Translations under genes and position numbers: made by a program
Origin: Ktedonobacterales bacterium
GTDB taxonomy: Bacteria > Chloroflexota > Ktedonobacteria > Ktedonobacterales > JADMIN01
Assembly (NCBI GenBank): GCA_030167145.1
Contig: CP126532.1
Location: forward strand, 4,200,001-4,232,000
Length of the DNA: 32,000 nucleotides
Direction of reading: 5' to 3'
Notes under the pieces: model-generated
Told to the model about the DNA's origin: nothing
What the model saw: only the letters and a program-made list of their open reading frames with translations
The model's database searches: none
Shown: in pieces, positions 1 through 9,264 of the stretch
Position numbering within the stretch: position 1 is the first letter of the stretch
Layout of the letters: each line of letters begins with the position of its first letter

Positions 1-1317
1 CGCCCTGGTGACGGCCCACTCGCGCTGGATGCGATCTACCGCTGGCGTCCCGACCTGCGCCCCCCTGGCTTTGAGGCATCGCCGCAGTTGCCAGCGGGCT
101 TCCCGTCGCCAGTTGTTCCCGCCCCTGGCACATACGCGCCGCCGGGTTATCCGCCATACCCCTCACCCTACGGCTATGGGCCGCTCCAGCCGCCCTATCC
201 GCCAGGGGCGGGATTCCCTCCACCCCCGCCTCCGCCGGGCTACTACCCCGCGCCAGCGTCGGCATACGCCGCATCGCCGAACGCAAACTCCGGCGAGTTG
301 ACGCCGTATCCGCGCACCTTTGGTGAGACGCTGGGCGCGATCTTTCAACTCTACTTCAAGCGCTTCGGCGTATGGATGACGCTGGCGCTGATCGTCGCGC
401 TGCTGCCCGCGCTGCTCGCCAGTGTGGCGCAGTATGCGATGCTGCTTCTTGTGGGTGTGGATCCACAGTCAGCCACGCCGTTTGGTACCGGGCAACTCTC
501 AACATCAGGTTCCGGAGCTTGCATTCCGCCGCTGCCGTTTCGGCTGGCCGCTGGCGATCAGTTGTGGCTCTACGCCAGCGTCGCAGGAGGCGCGATTGTG
601 CTCGGCACGATACTCGCCGCATGGCAAACGGCAGCGTTCAGCATTGGCGTACGCGACGGCATTCTTGGCCGGCCCATTGTGATTCGGCGCAGCCTCGGCG
701 GAGGGCTACGCCGTCTCTTCCCCACTTTGATCGCTTCGCTGATTGTCACGGTCATCACAATGGTGTTGGTCGGCGTGCCACTCATCGTCGAGGGCGTGGC
801 GGTCGCCCAGCTTACCTCGTCTGGCGCTTGCTCAGGCGGAGCGAACGCGGGCGCTGGCACAAACGCGCTGGCCGCGGCGGATGTCCTTTCGTGCCTCGGC
901 CTGATCCTGTTCGTACCGTGTGTCATCCTCGCTATCGTCTTCAGTGTTCGCCTGGGGCTGGCGCCGTATACTGCGGCGACGGAGCGGATTGGGCCGTTCA
1001 AGGCGCTGGGCAGAAGTTGGCGCTTGACGCGCAGCCATTTCTGGCGGGTGTTTGGCGTCACCCTCTTGATGGGGCTTACCGTTGGTATCGTCGGCGCGGT
1101 CATCGGAGAGTTCGCGGCAGCAGCGCCCACCATCGTGAGTGTGGCCGTGATCGCTCTCATTGATGCCATCCTGACACCACTCACCGTCATCACCTACACA
1201 GTGCTGCTCTATGATCTACGGCTGCGCAAAGAAGGCTACACCGCCGTGACCCAGGCGGGCCAGCCACAGCCCGTGCCGCCGGAACCGAGTACAACTGCTA
1301 GTCCAGAAAGCATATGA
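1..1317 (+). CDS. Polytopic membrane protein with Pro/Tyr-rich N-terminal region; 5' end may lie outside the window
   Basis: Frame 1 is open from base 1, and the ORF-track start at 88 is a TTG. The N-terminus is PPGY/PxY-rich low complexity (PPGYPPYPSPYGYGPLQPPYPPGAGFPPPPPPPGYY). It is followed by several hydrophobic helices (VWMTLALIVALLPALLASV, LFPTLIASLIVTVITMVLVGVPLIV, VFGVTLLMGLTVGIVGAVIG). It resembles GDPD-membrane-domain-like integral membrane proteins, but the family call is uncertain. Confidence 0.6.
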   Translation, partial: RPGDGPLALDAIYRWRPDLRPPGFEASPQLPAGFPSPVVPAPGTYAPPGYPPYPSPYGYGPLQPPYPPGAGFPPPPPPPGYYPAPASAYAASPNANSGELTPYPRTFGETLGAIFQLYFKRFGVWMTLALIVALLPALLASVAQYAMLLLVGVDPQSATPFGTGQLSTSGSGACIPPLPFRLAAGDQLWLYASVAGGAIVLGTILAAWQTAAFSIGVRDGILGRPIVIRRSLGGGLRRLFPTLIASLIVTVITMVLVGVPLIVEGVAVAQLTSSGACSGGANAGAGTNALAAADVLSCLGLILFVPCVILAIVFSVRLGLAPYTAATERIGPFKALGRSWRLTRSHFWRVFGVTLLMGLTVGIVGAVIGEFAAAAPTIVSVAVIALIDAILTPLTVITYTVLLYDLRLRKEGYTAVTQAGQPQPVPPEPSTTASPESI

Positions 1318-1503
1318 ATCATCGCTCATCATAAAGTACAGGAGGTTTACCCAGAGCAGAGTCGCGCGTTATATGTGTGATGCCATTTCGGCATATACTG
1401 TTATCTTGCTATTCTACTCGATTTCTTGGGGACGGAGTTCTGCCCGCGCACCGGCTGAGAGGTGGGACTTCGGAAAGCGCGTAGTTGGGATAGGAAGGGA
1501 GGG

Positions 1504-1532
1504 CATGACGTTCGGGCGCTACGAACGTCATG
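1504..1532 (+). promoter_or_regulatory. Perfect 11-bp-stem hairpin between an SD-like run and the start region of the SprT-like CDS
   Basis: CATGACGTTCG (1504-1514) pairs with CGAACGTCATG (1522-1532) across a 7-nt loop. The SD-like AGGAAGGGAGGG lies at 1492-1503. The 3' arm contains ATG 1530, and the next in-frame ATG (1539) lies 6 nt after the stem. Confidence 0.5.
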
Positions 1533-2384
1533 GGGGCAATGGCCGAGAAATCCCGCGCACACCGTGCGCCAAATCCACCAACGCTAGACAAACTGCCACT
1601 GGTGCATGCCAGTGAGGACGCCGCGCGCTGGTTGGAGCACTACTGGCACAAACTTCGCTTGCCGCCCGCCGAGGCCTACCGGCTGGCGATGACAGAAGAC
1701 CGTCACGAATTCCATCGGTGGACCGGGCGGCGGCTCAATCCGCTGGCGTTGGGCTGCTACTGCTATCTACCGAACGCCAGCGGCTCTGAGGCCGAGATGA
1801 CCAACGAGGCTGGCTCTGCGAATGCCGTCAGCGCCAGCGCGCTCTTGACCGCGCCCGCCAGCGCGCCGCCACGGATGCAGCCCACGCTGCCCGGCTTCGG
1901 CGAAAGCATCCTGGAGCCTAATGGAGCAGCGCCCCTTTGGTCGCCGCCAGCTCAGACCGAGCCAGCAACCGACTACCGGCACCTGATCTTCGTCGAACCA
2001 GACCTGCTGCCGTTGGGCATCGAAGTGACGGTGGCGCACGAGCTGATCCATCTTGCCGACCGTGTGCATGGCAATCCGCGCAAACATCGCTGCCACGGCT
2101 ACGACTCCATCTCCACCGATGAAGCCGCCATCACTGACCGCGACCCGGAACTGCTGCGGCGGCTGCTGCGCGAGGAGACGGAACGGCGCGAGCAGGCGCT
2201 GCGCAAGGTGCGCCCCTATCGCTATCTCTACGTCTGCCCGAACTGCACCCGCGAGTATCCGCGCGTCAAGCGCTATCCGCGTCCCGTCTCGTGCGGGCGC
2301 TGCGACCGGCAATATAATCCGGCATTTCTCCTCGAACTGCGGGGGACGCTGGACAAGAATGGCCAGTGCCAGCCGCTCCAATAA
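1530..2384 (+). CDS. SprT-like zinc metallopeptidase with C-terminal zinc ribbon
   Basis: HExxH motif (VAHELIHLADRVHG) followed by a CxxC...CxxC ribbon (YVCPNCTREYPRVKRYPRPVSCGRCDRQY). This is the SprT-like architecture as I remember it. The start could be 1539 instead of 1530. Confidence 0.6.
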   Translation: MGAMAEKSRAHRAPNPPTLDKLPLVHASEDAARWLEHYWHKLRLPPAEAYRLAMTEDRHEFHRWTGRRLNPLALGCYCYLPNASGSEAEMTNEAGSANAVSASALLTAPASAPPRMQPTLPGFGESILEPNGAAPLWSPPAQTEPATDYRHLIFVEPDLLPLGIEVTVAHELIHLADRVHGNPRKHRCHGYDSISTDEAAITDRDPELLRRLLREETERREQALRKVRPYRYLYVCPNCTREYPRVKRYPRPVSCGRCDRQYNPAFLLELRGTLDKNGQCQPLQ

Positions 2385-2403
2385 TCCGCTGCCATCATTC
2401 GCA

Positions 2404-2449
2404 CCGACACGACACGCTCCCGACCAGCGCATGCGCCAGCCGGGAGCGT
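2404..2449 (+). repeat. Family F palindromic repeat, copy 1, between convergent gene ends
   Basis: CCGACACGAC-ACGCTCCC-20 nt-GGGAGCGT. The 8-bp stem ACGCTCCC/GGGAGCGT and most of the loop (CCAGCG..GCCAGCC) are shared with the copy at 7438-7495. Confidence 0.6.
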
Positions 2450-2487
2450 TGCCGCATTTCAGGCAGTCAGCCAGACCGCCAGATGGC

Positions 2488-3186
<699 letters not shown>

Positions 3187-3187
3187 G

Positions 3188-4174
3188 TTATGCCTCCTCC
3201 CGCGATGTCCTCGCGTGGCCCGCGATGTGTCCGTCAAGTGCCTGTGCATCAGGCGCCGCCGTGTCTTGCGGCCACAACTCCACATGATCGCTGAGGATGC
3301 GCACATCCGCGCGGCCATTGAACGGAATGCGCTCGACCGCCTCGTGCGGCAATTGCAGCCTGCCCGCGCGGTCAATCAGCACCGATTCCTGATGGGTTTC
3401 GCTTGGCAGACCGATGATGGCGCTGGCCCGTCCCGCATAGGCCGCGTCGCCCGCCATGGGCGCATCGCGGCGCACCGTCTCGGTGCTGGTGCGCCCGTCG
3501 CGGATGGCAATCGTGCGGTCGGCGACCGAGGCCACGGCAATATCATGCGTGACGATCAGAATCGTCAGCCCTAGCTCGGCGTTCAACTCGCGCAAGAGCG
3601 TGAGAATCTCGCTCGCCGTCGCGGAATCTAGCTCGCCGGTCGGCTCGTCCGCCAGCAGCAGTGGTGGATTATTCGCCAGCGCCACGCCGATGGCGGCGCG
3701 CTGCTGCTCGCCGCCGGAGATACGATCCGGCTTCTTGTTCGCCAGCGGCGCGATGCTCATGCGTTCCATCAGCTCGCGTGCGCGTTTGGCGCGCTGGCCG
3801 ATGCCCACGCCGCCCACCATCTGCGGCAGCGCGATATTCTCGGCGACCGTCAGTTCTGGCAGTAGATTGCGGCCCACTTGCTGCCACACATGGCCAGCTT
3901 GAAAGCAGCGGTAGTTCGTGCGCTGGGTTTCGTTGAGCCGCGTGAGGTCGTTGCCGGAAACAACACAGCGTCCGGCGCTCGGCTGATCGAGCGCGCCCAG
4001 CATATTGAGCAGGGTCGTTTTGCCAGAGCCAGAAGCGCCCACCAGCGCCACGAACTCGCCGCGCCGCACCTCCAGATCCAGCCCTTGCAGCGCCACGACC
4101 TCCAGATCGGCGACCTTATAGATTTTCACCAAGTTATCGCAGGTGATCAGCACATCATGTAGCACGTCATTCAT
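3188..4174 (-). CDS. ABC transporter ATP-binding protein (MacB-type) with a roughly 100-aa C-terminal extension (AbrB/SpoVT-like?)
   Basis: Walker A GASGSGKTTLLN, signature ISGGEQQRAAIGVAL, Walker B LLLADEPTGELD. The start is ATG 4174 (MNDVLHDVLITCDNLVKIYK), 14 nt after the permease stop. The C-terminal tail contains VLIDRAGRLQLPHEAVERIPFNGRADVRILSDHVELWP. Confidence 0.85.
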   Translation of the reverse strand: MNDVLHDVLITCDNLVKIYKVADLEVVALQGLDLEVRRGEFVALVGASGSGKTTLLNMLGALDQPSAGRCVVSGNDLTRLNETQRTNYRCFQAGHVWQQVGRNLLPELTVAENIALPQMVGGVGIGQRAKRARELMERMSIAPLANKKPDRISGGEQQRAAIGVALANNPPLLLADEPTGELDSATASEILTLLRELNAELGLTILIVTHDIAVASVADRTIAIRDGRTSTETVRRDAPMAGDAAYAGRASAIIGLPSETHQESVLIDRAGRLQLPHEAVERIPFNGRADVRILSDHVELWPQDTAAPDAQALDGHIAGHARTSREEA

Positions 4175-4188
4175 CCCGCACGCTCCCC

Positions 4189-7149
4189 CTAATCCTCGTT
4201 CAGTCGCAGCGTCTGCCCAAGCGAGAGCCGCGTCAGCGCGGCCATCGTTATCGCGATTGCCAGCAAGCAAATCACTACCACCACCGCCAGCGCCAGCAGC
4301 AGCGTGCCGCCAGGAACAACAATGCGGGCTGGCGGAGTCACCGCCTCGGTGAGGGAACCGCCCCCCTGCGCCACCAGTTGATTGAACAGCAACAGCGGCA
4401 GCGAGGTCAGCGCCAGCACGAAGCCCAGCCCCGTGCCGAGCGCGATGGCCGCGATATAGACGATGACCTGCTCCTGCACCAGCATCACGCGCAGTTGCCG
4501 GGGTGTGGTGCCCAGCGCCCGCAGCACGGCAAAGTTGACCAGGCGGCTGCGTGCGTTGAACCACGAGCCAGCCCAGATACCGGCCAGCGCCAGGAACATC
4601 GCCGTTACCGCGCCGATCAGCAGCGTATTGACGATGTCGAGTTGCAGCGGGTCGCTGCGCATACTGTCTACGATCTGCCGCCGGTCGAGCAGGTTGGTGA
4701 GGGCCAGATCGCCGCTGGAGAGCGCATGTCGCACGCTGGCGATGCTGGCCGCGTCATCCGCCGAGCGCAGCCAGACCGTCGTGGGCAACGGCGCGGCGCT
4801 GCCCGCGTTGTGCTGATAGAGGGCGGCGAAGCTGGCGTAATCCACGAGAATGCCGCCCTGGCCGTCGAACCCACCGCCAGCGCCGCCCGACACGTTATAG
4901 ACCGTCGGGATGTGGCGCACGTGCGCGACGGCGATCAGGCGCATGGTCTGCGAACTATCGCCGGGCGGTGTGAGTGTGAAGGGCGCGCCTGTCGTCAGGT
5001 GGAAGGCGTTCCAGGTCGCGTCATCCACAATGGCCGCCACGCCGTTTTGTGAGACAGCCGTCGCCCGCTGCGCCCGCAGCAGAGCCAGCAGGTCCGCCAG
5101 CGGTTGCGACGAATCCTGGTCTGTCCAGGCAGCGGTTGTGCTGAAGGTGTCGGCGTCTACGGCCAGCAGCTTGAGATCTATTCCGGCGGAGTTCTTATCT
5201 GGCGTGATTTCCGCCGAGAGGCCGAGCGTCACCGAGGTCACGCCGGAGATCCCCGCGTACTGCGCCTTCAGGCTAGCGAAGGTCGCGGTCGCGGCGGGGC
5301 TGAATGTGCCGCTGAAGTCGGCGCCGACACGATAGGCGGCGATATCTGAAAGCCGTTGCGCCTGCGACGCATTGAGGATCAGCGTGAAGATGGTGAAGCC
5401 AGTCGAGAGCGCCAGCAGCAGCGTCATACGAATCGGCTGGCGCGGCGCACGCGACATCTGCGTCAGCGTCAGCACCGTTGCGGCTCCGCGCCCACGCCGC
5501 GAGAGACGCGAGCCAAGGCCCAGCAGCAGCGGCAGCAGCCGCAGGAAGAGCAGCACCGCCGCGACCAGCAACAGCAGCGCCGCGAGAATCGCCAGTGGCG
5601 AGAGGATGAGCTGCACCTGGGCGCTGACCTGGCTTTCGGCGAAGGTATAGCCCACGTAGCCCAGCAACGAGAGGATGCCGAAGATCAGATCGAGGTTCAG
5701 CCGCTGCCAGAAGGGCTTGCTCGTCGCGCGTGCCGATTCACGGCGCAGCGTGAGGATGTTGCGTCCGGCGGCGCGATTGGTGGAGAGCACCATCGCCAGG
5801 CCAGAGACGAGCACAGCCACCAGCACATACCAGCGCAGCCCCCAGGCGATGGCCAGTGGGTTGCCCGCGAGCGCGTTCGCCACGCTCTCTGCCCCCGCTG
5901 TGAGGGTATGGCTTGCCAGGAAGGCGACCAGCGGAATCGCGGCGAGCGGGCCGACGATCAGCGCCAGCAGGCTCAGCCCGATATTCTGCACGGTGAACGC
6001 GCCGAAGACCTGTCCGCGCGTCGCGCCCCGGCTGCGCAGCGTGGAGATGGCGTCAGCCTGATAGTCTACCAGCATCTCGGCCATCATCCGCACGAAGAGC
6101 AGAATCAGCGCGATCACCTGCACCAGCAGCAGCAAGATGGGAATCTGTAGCAGAATCAGCTTCACCATAAAGCCTTGCAGTGCGTTGAGGGCGAATGGCT
6201 CGACGAAGATGCCCTGGCCGTTCGTCGCTTCGTTGAGTTGCCCTGGCACGTCGGTTTGCAGCTTGCCCAGCCGGCTGACGACATCGCCCAGGGTTGCGGT
6301 GGTGATCCGCGAAGTGTCGAGCTGATACGCCCAGGAAAGCTGCGGCTGTGGGCCGTTCACGCCATTGCTCGCGCCGCCGGTGGCGGGGTTGTTGAGCGCG
6401 GCCAGCAGCGCGTCATTCGAGGTGACGGCTTGATAGAAGTGCTGTGGGCCGGCATAGCCGCCGTCGAAGAACTGCGGACCGCTCGCCAGCACCGCGCCCT
6501 TGAGGAGCACGATGCCCACGATCCGCAACTGGATTGGCGTGGGTTGCTGTGGACCAGGGAGCAGGACCGACACGAACGACCCTACCTGGGCATGCAGGCT
6601 TGCGGCGTCCTGCTGGGTGAGCGCGATCTCGAAGTCAGTGGCGCTCGCCGCTGGCAGCCGCCCCTGTAGGACGCTGATCTGGTCGCCGAGGCTGGCGAAA
6701 TCGTAGCCGGTGATCGAGAATGCGTCTGGCGGACCACCCGTATTCGTCGAGCCGCCCTGCTGGGCAAGCTCAAAATACGGCATCACGACGTTGAACATTG
6801 CCCCGCCAGTGATATATGGCCCCATATCTTTGGCGATGACCTGCTGCAACTGGGTATTGATGGTGTCTACTGATTGGCGCGAGACGTTGGATTGATTCGT
6901 CATCGCGATGATCCGCGAGTTCTGCGGCTGCTCGGTGAGCACGCCGTGGAGCCCGGCGCTCAGCGCGACTTGCGTGAAGAGCGGCACGACACAGATGAGC
7001 ATCACCGCCGCGATATTGCCCAGTCCGGCGATAATCAGCAAGCGCCATGTTTTGCGTAGCCGCCAGAGGGCGAGCATGAACGATGGCGGAATCGCCGTCT
7101 TGCGTCTGCGTGCGATACTTGGCGCCACTGGCGCGGGCGAGCGAGTCAT
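4189..7149 (-). CDS. Large ABC permease with two FtsX/MacB-type domains
   Basis: Two FtsX-like blocks (ISTLRSRGATRGQVFGAF... and FAVLRALGTTPRQLRVMLVQEQ...), each preceded by a large soluble region and flanked by hydrophobic helices. I chose ATG 7149 (MTRSPAPV...) because GGAGGAGGAGG lies 8 nt upstream. The 11-bp tandem repeat and a promoter-like site lie inside the longer ORF-track version (to 7323). Confidence 0.8.
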   Translation of the reverse strand: MTRSPAPVAPSIARRRKTAIPPSFMLALWRLRKTWRLLIIAGLGNIAAVMLICVVPLFTQVALSAGLHGVLTEQPQNSRIIAMTNQSNVSRQSVDTINTQLQQVIAKDMGPYITGGAMFNVVMPYFELAQQGGSTNTGGPPDAFSITGYDFASLGDQISVLQGRLPAASATDFEIALTQQDAASLHAQVGSFVSVLLPGPQQPTPIQLRIVGIVLLKGAVLASGPQFFDGGYAGPQHFYQAVTSNDALLAALNNPATGGASNGVNGPQPQLSWAYQLDTSRITTATLGDVVSRLGKLQTDVPGQLNEATNGQGIFVEPFALNALQGFMVKLILLQIPILLLLVQVIALILLFVRMMAEMLVDYQADAISTLRSRGATRGQVFGAFTVQNIGLSLLALIVGPLAAIPLVAFLASHTLTAGAESVANALAGNPLAIAWGLRWYVLVAVLVSGLAMVLSTNRAAGRNILTLRRESARATSKPFWQRLNLDLIFGILSLLGYVGYTFAESQVSAQVQLILSPLAILAALLLLVAAVLLFLRLLPLLLGLGSRLSRRGRGAATVLTLTQMSRAPRQPIRMTLLLALSTGFTIFTLILNASQAQRLSDIAAYRVGADFSGTFSPAATATFASLKAQYAGISGVTSVTLGLSAEITPDKNSAGIDLKLLAVDADTFSTTAAWTDQDSSQPLADLLALLRAQRATAVSQNGVAAIVDDATWNAFHLTTGAPFTLTPPGDSSQTMRLIAVAHVRHIPTVYNVSGGAGGGFDGQGGILVDYASFAALYQHNAGSAAPLPTTVWLRSADDAASIASVRHALSSGDLALTNLLDRRQIVDSMRSDPLQLDIVNTLLIGAVTAMFLALAGIWAGSWFNARSRLVNFAVLRALGTTPRQLRVMLVQEQVIVYIAAIALGTGLGFVLALTSLPLLLFNQLVAQGGGSLTEAVTPPARIVVPGGTLLLALAVVVVICLLAIAITMAALTRLSLGQTLRLNED

Positions 7150-7177
7150 CCGAAGCCCCTCCTCCTCCATCTCCGAG

Positions 7178-7205
7178 CGTTGCCAGGTCGTTGCCAGGTC
7201 GTTGC
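7178..7205 (-). repeat. 11-bp tandem repeat (2.5 copies) in the leader of the permease gene
   Basis: CGTTGCCAGGT at 7178-7188 and 7189-7199, plus partial CGTTGC at 7200-7205. The period is not a multiple of 3. Confidence 0.8.
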
Positions 7206-7309
7206 GGCGTGCTAGGGCCTGCGCTGCCAGACGGGCGTTGGCTCCTACCAGCATGCGGTATCCATCTGTAGAATGCGTGCAATCATGGGTCGCGCGGCGC
7301 AACGGGGCT

Positions 7310-7338
7310 ATTCTAGCATACATGCGCTACTTCGTCAC
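7310..7338 (-). promoter_or_regulatory. Sigma-70-like promoter with extended -10 for the ABC operon
   Basis: The minus strand reads GTGACG (7338-7333), 17 nt, TGC-TAGAAT (-10 at 7315-7310). Confidence 0.4.
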
Positions 7339-7437
7339 GCGAATGCGGCTCTACGGGCCAGACTGTACGCATATTCGCTGAACCTGCACGGCTGGCCCTG
7401 GAGGGCGGTGTGGCTGGCTTGCACTGCTCAGTCCCAT

Positions 7438-7495
7438 CCGACATGACGACGCTCCCAGCCAGCGTAGATGCCAGCCGGGAGCGTGGTCATGTCGG
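7438..7495 (-). terminator. Family F palindrome, copy 2; long hairpin just downstream of lpdA (terminator or stabiliser candidate, no U-tract)
   Basis: Arms CCGACATGACGACGCTCCC (7438-7456) and GGGAGCGTGGTCATGTCGG (7477-7495) are complementary at 18 of 19 positions, with a 20-nt loop. The element starts 23 nt after the lpdA stop. Confidence 0.45.
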
Positions 7496-7517
7496 GCACA
7501 GGTATGATGCGTCGCCT

Positions 7518-8951
7518 CTAGCGCCGCGCAGCCGCCGCGCTCCGCAGGAAGATGTGAATTGGGCGGCCCTCAGCGGCCAGTGTCGCCTCGCGCAGCGCCT
7601 CGCTATACGTCGGATGCGGGTGAATCGTCGCCAGCACCTCGTCCGCCGTCAACTCCGCGCGCATCGCCAGCGAGAACTCGGTGATGAGGTTCGTCGCGTC
7701 AGGTCCGTAGATCGCCGCGCCAAGAATCTCGCCGTACTCGCCCAGGATCACCTTGGTAAAGCCTTCGGTCTCGTCGCTGGCCAGCGCCTTGCCGTTGGCG
7801 ACCCAGGGGAACTTCTCCGCGCGGACACTGCTGCTCCGCTCGCGCGCCTGCGCCTCATTCAGGCCGACCGAAGCGATCTCCGGGAAAGTGAAGATCGGGC
7901 GCGGCACCACGTTGTAATCCATCGTCGCGTCGTGGCCCAGCGCGTTCTCCGCCGCAATCTCGCCCTCGGTGGAGGCGACATGCGCCAGCCACGTCTTGCC
8001 GACGAGGTCGCCGATGGCGTAGACGCCCGGCAGATTCGTCTCCATGCGCTCGTTCGCCGCCACACGCCCGCGATCCATGGCCAGCCCCGCTGCCGTGAGC
8101 GCCCCGATGCCCGCGGGATTCGCCTTGCGCCCGACGGCCACCAGCACATACTCCGCCTCGAAGCTCTGCTGGCCGTTCGGCGTGGTGGCGATGACGCGCT
8201 TCTTGTCGCCAGCGTCCTCGATGGCCTCCACCCGCGCATTGGTATGCACTGCCACGCCGCGCTTGGTGAAGCTGCGCGTCAGCGCCTTGCTCACTTCCTC
8301 ATCCTCATTGGCGATGATCGAAGGCAGCATCTCGACAATCGTCACCTTCGTGCCGAACGCCTGGAACATGCAGGCCAGCTCCACGGCGATCACGCCGCCG
8401 CCGATGCAGACAAGGCTCTCTGGCACTTTCGGCATGTTCATCGCATCATCGCTGAAAATCACATTGCGCCCGTCCAGCCCAGGGAACGGCGGGCGGATCG
8501 GCACCGAGCCGTTGGCGAGGATCAGCTTACCCGTTTCGATGCTGCGCGCTGAGCCGTCCTTGAGCGTAATCGCGATCTGCGTGGGCGATTTCACCTCTGC
8601 CGCGCCCTCGAAGATGGTCACGCCGTTGGCCTTCAGCAGTTGGGCCACGCCGCCCGTCAACTGCTTGACCACCTTATCTTTGTATGCCACCGCTACACTC
8701 ATATCGAGTGTCGGCGGGTTCGCCACCTGGATGCCGAGCTTGGGGAACTCCGCAAACGAAGCGTAGACCTGCGCGATATGCAGCAGCGCCTTGGATGGGA
8801 TGCAGCCCACATTCAAGCAGGTGCCGCCGATATACTGCTTCTCGACGATGGCGACGCGGCCGCCAAGCTGCGCCGCGCGGATCGCCGCGACATAGCCACC
8901 TGGCCCCGCGCCAATCACCACGACATCAAACTGATTCTGTTCCGTTGCCAC
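7518..8951 (-). CDS. lpdA: Dihydrolipoyl dehydrogenase (E3)
   Basis: FAD-binding motif VVVIGAGPGGYVAA, redox disulfide GGTCLNVGCIPSK, C-terminal HPHPTYSE interface motif. GTG start at 8951 with GAGGAG 7 nt upstream. Confidence 0.92.
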   Translation of the reverse strand: MATEQNQFDVVVIGAGPGGYVAAIRAAQLGGRVAIVEKQYIGGTCLNVGCIPSKALLHIAQVYASFAEFPKLGIQVANPPTLDMSVAVAYKDKVVKQLTGGVAQLLKANGVTIFEGAAEVKSPTQIAITLKDGSARSIETGKLILANGSVPIRPPFPGLDGRNVIFSDDAMNMPKVPESLVCIGGGVIAVELACMFQAFGTKVTIVEMLPSIIANEDEEVSKALTRSFTKRGVAVHTNARVEAIEDAGDKKRVIATTPNGQQSFEAEYVLVAVGRKANPAGIGALTAAGLAMDRGRVAANERMETNLPGVYAIGDLVGKTWLAHVASTEGEIAAENALGHDATMDYNVVPRPIFTFPEIASVGLNEAQARERSSSVRAEKFPWVANGKALASDETEGFTKVILGEYGEILGAAIYGPDATNLITEFSLAMRAELTADEVLATIHPHPTYSEALREATLAAEGRPIHIFLRSAAAARR

Positions 8952-9172
8952 TGATTTCTCCTCGAACTTAATCCATCCATATGCGTCGTCGCTCCCGTTC
9001 GCGCGAGAGCGGAAAAGCCTAGCTTATCTTAAGTATACCGTGCCGTGGGAAAGGACTGCGTGACGTGCCCACCACAGGCTCCCCGCGCATAGACCACCCA
9101 GCCAGTATAGCAGACGCGAACGCCTGCAACAAAGGCGCGCCCACCGCGTATACGCAACAGGCAGGCATAGGC

Positions 9173-9201
9173 TTGACGTGTGCCTGGATGTTTCCTATAC
9201 T
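9173..9201 (+). promoter_or_regulatory. Sigma-70-like promoter for the nfeD-SPFH operon
   Basis: TTGACG (9173-9178), 17 nt, TATACT (9196-9201). Confidence 0.55.
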
Positions 9202-9264
9202 TGAAATGGGTGCTGGCACGTCTGGAAGACACGCCGCTGGCCATTGCGGCGGAAGAAGGACACC

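Noticed and set aside
1373-1615. 80-aa ORF, or the 36-codon uORF from ATG 1505, as a gene
   Set aside because: It has no recognisable protein features, and the long version starts in AT-rich intergenic DNA without an SD. It is retained only as an alternative explanation within the hairpin finding.
3187-3375. Long 5' extension of the second ATPase ORF (start 3375)
   Set aside because: It would overlap the upstream ATPase gene by about 190 nt and has an Arg/Cys-rich nonsense-like sequence. ATG 3186 has an SD, and the conserved NBD starts just after it. Similar trimming was applied at 4175-4564 (first ATPase) and 7150-7323 (permease).
7410-8552. 380-aa + strand ORF
   Set aside because: It lies entirely antisense to the well-supported lpdA gene. 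It is Arg/His/Ala-rich with no motifs, a typical shadow ORF of high-GC DNA. The same reasoning applies to 570..1193 -, 4378..5052 +, 5356..6150 +, 9622..10419 -, 10681..11595 -, 11833..12621 -, 17345..18100 +, 18584..19660 +, 19489..20244 + and 20009..20752 -.
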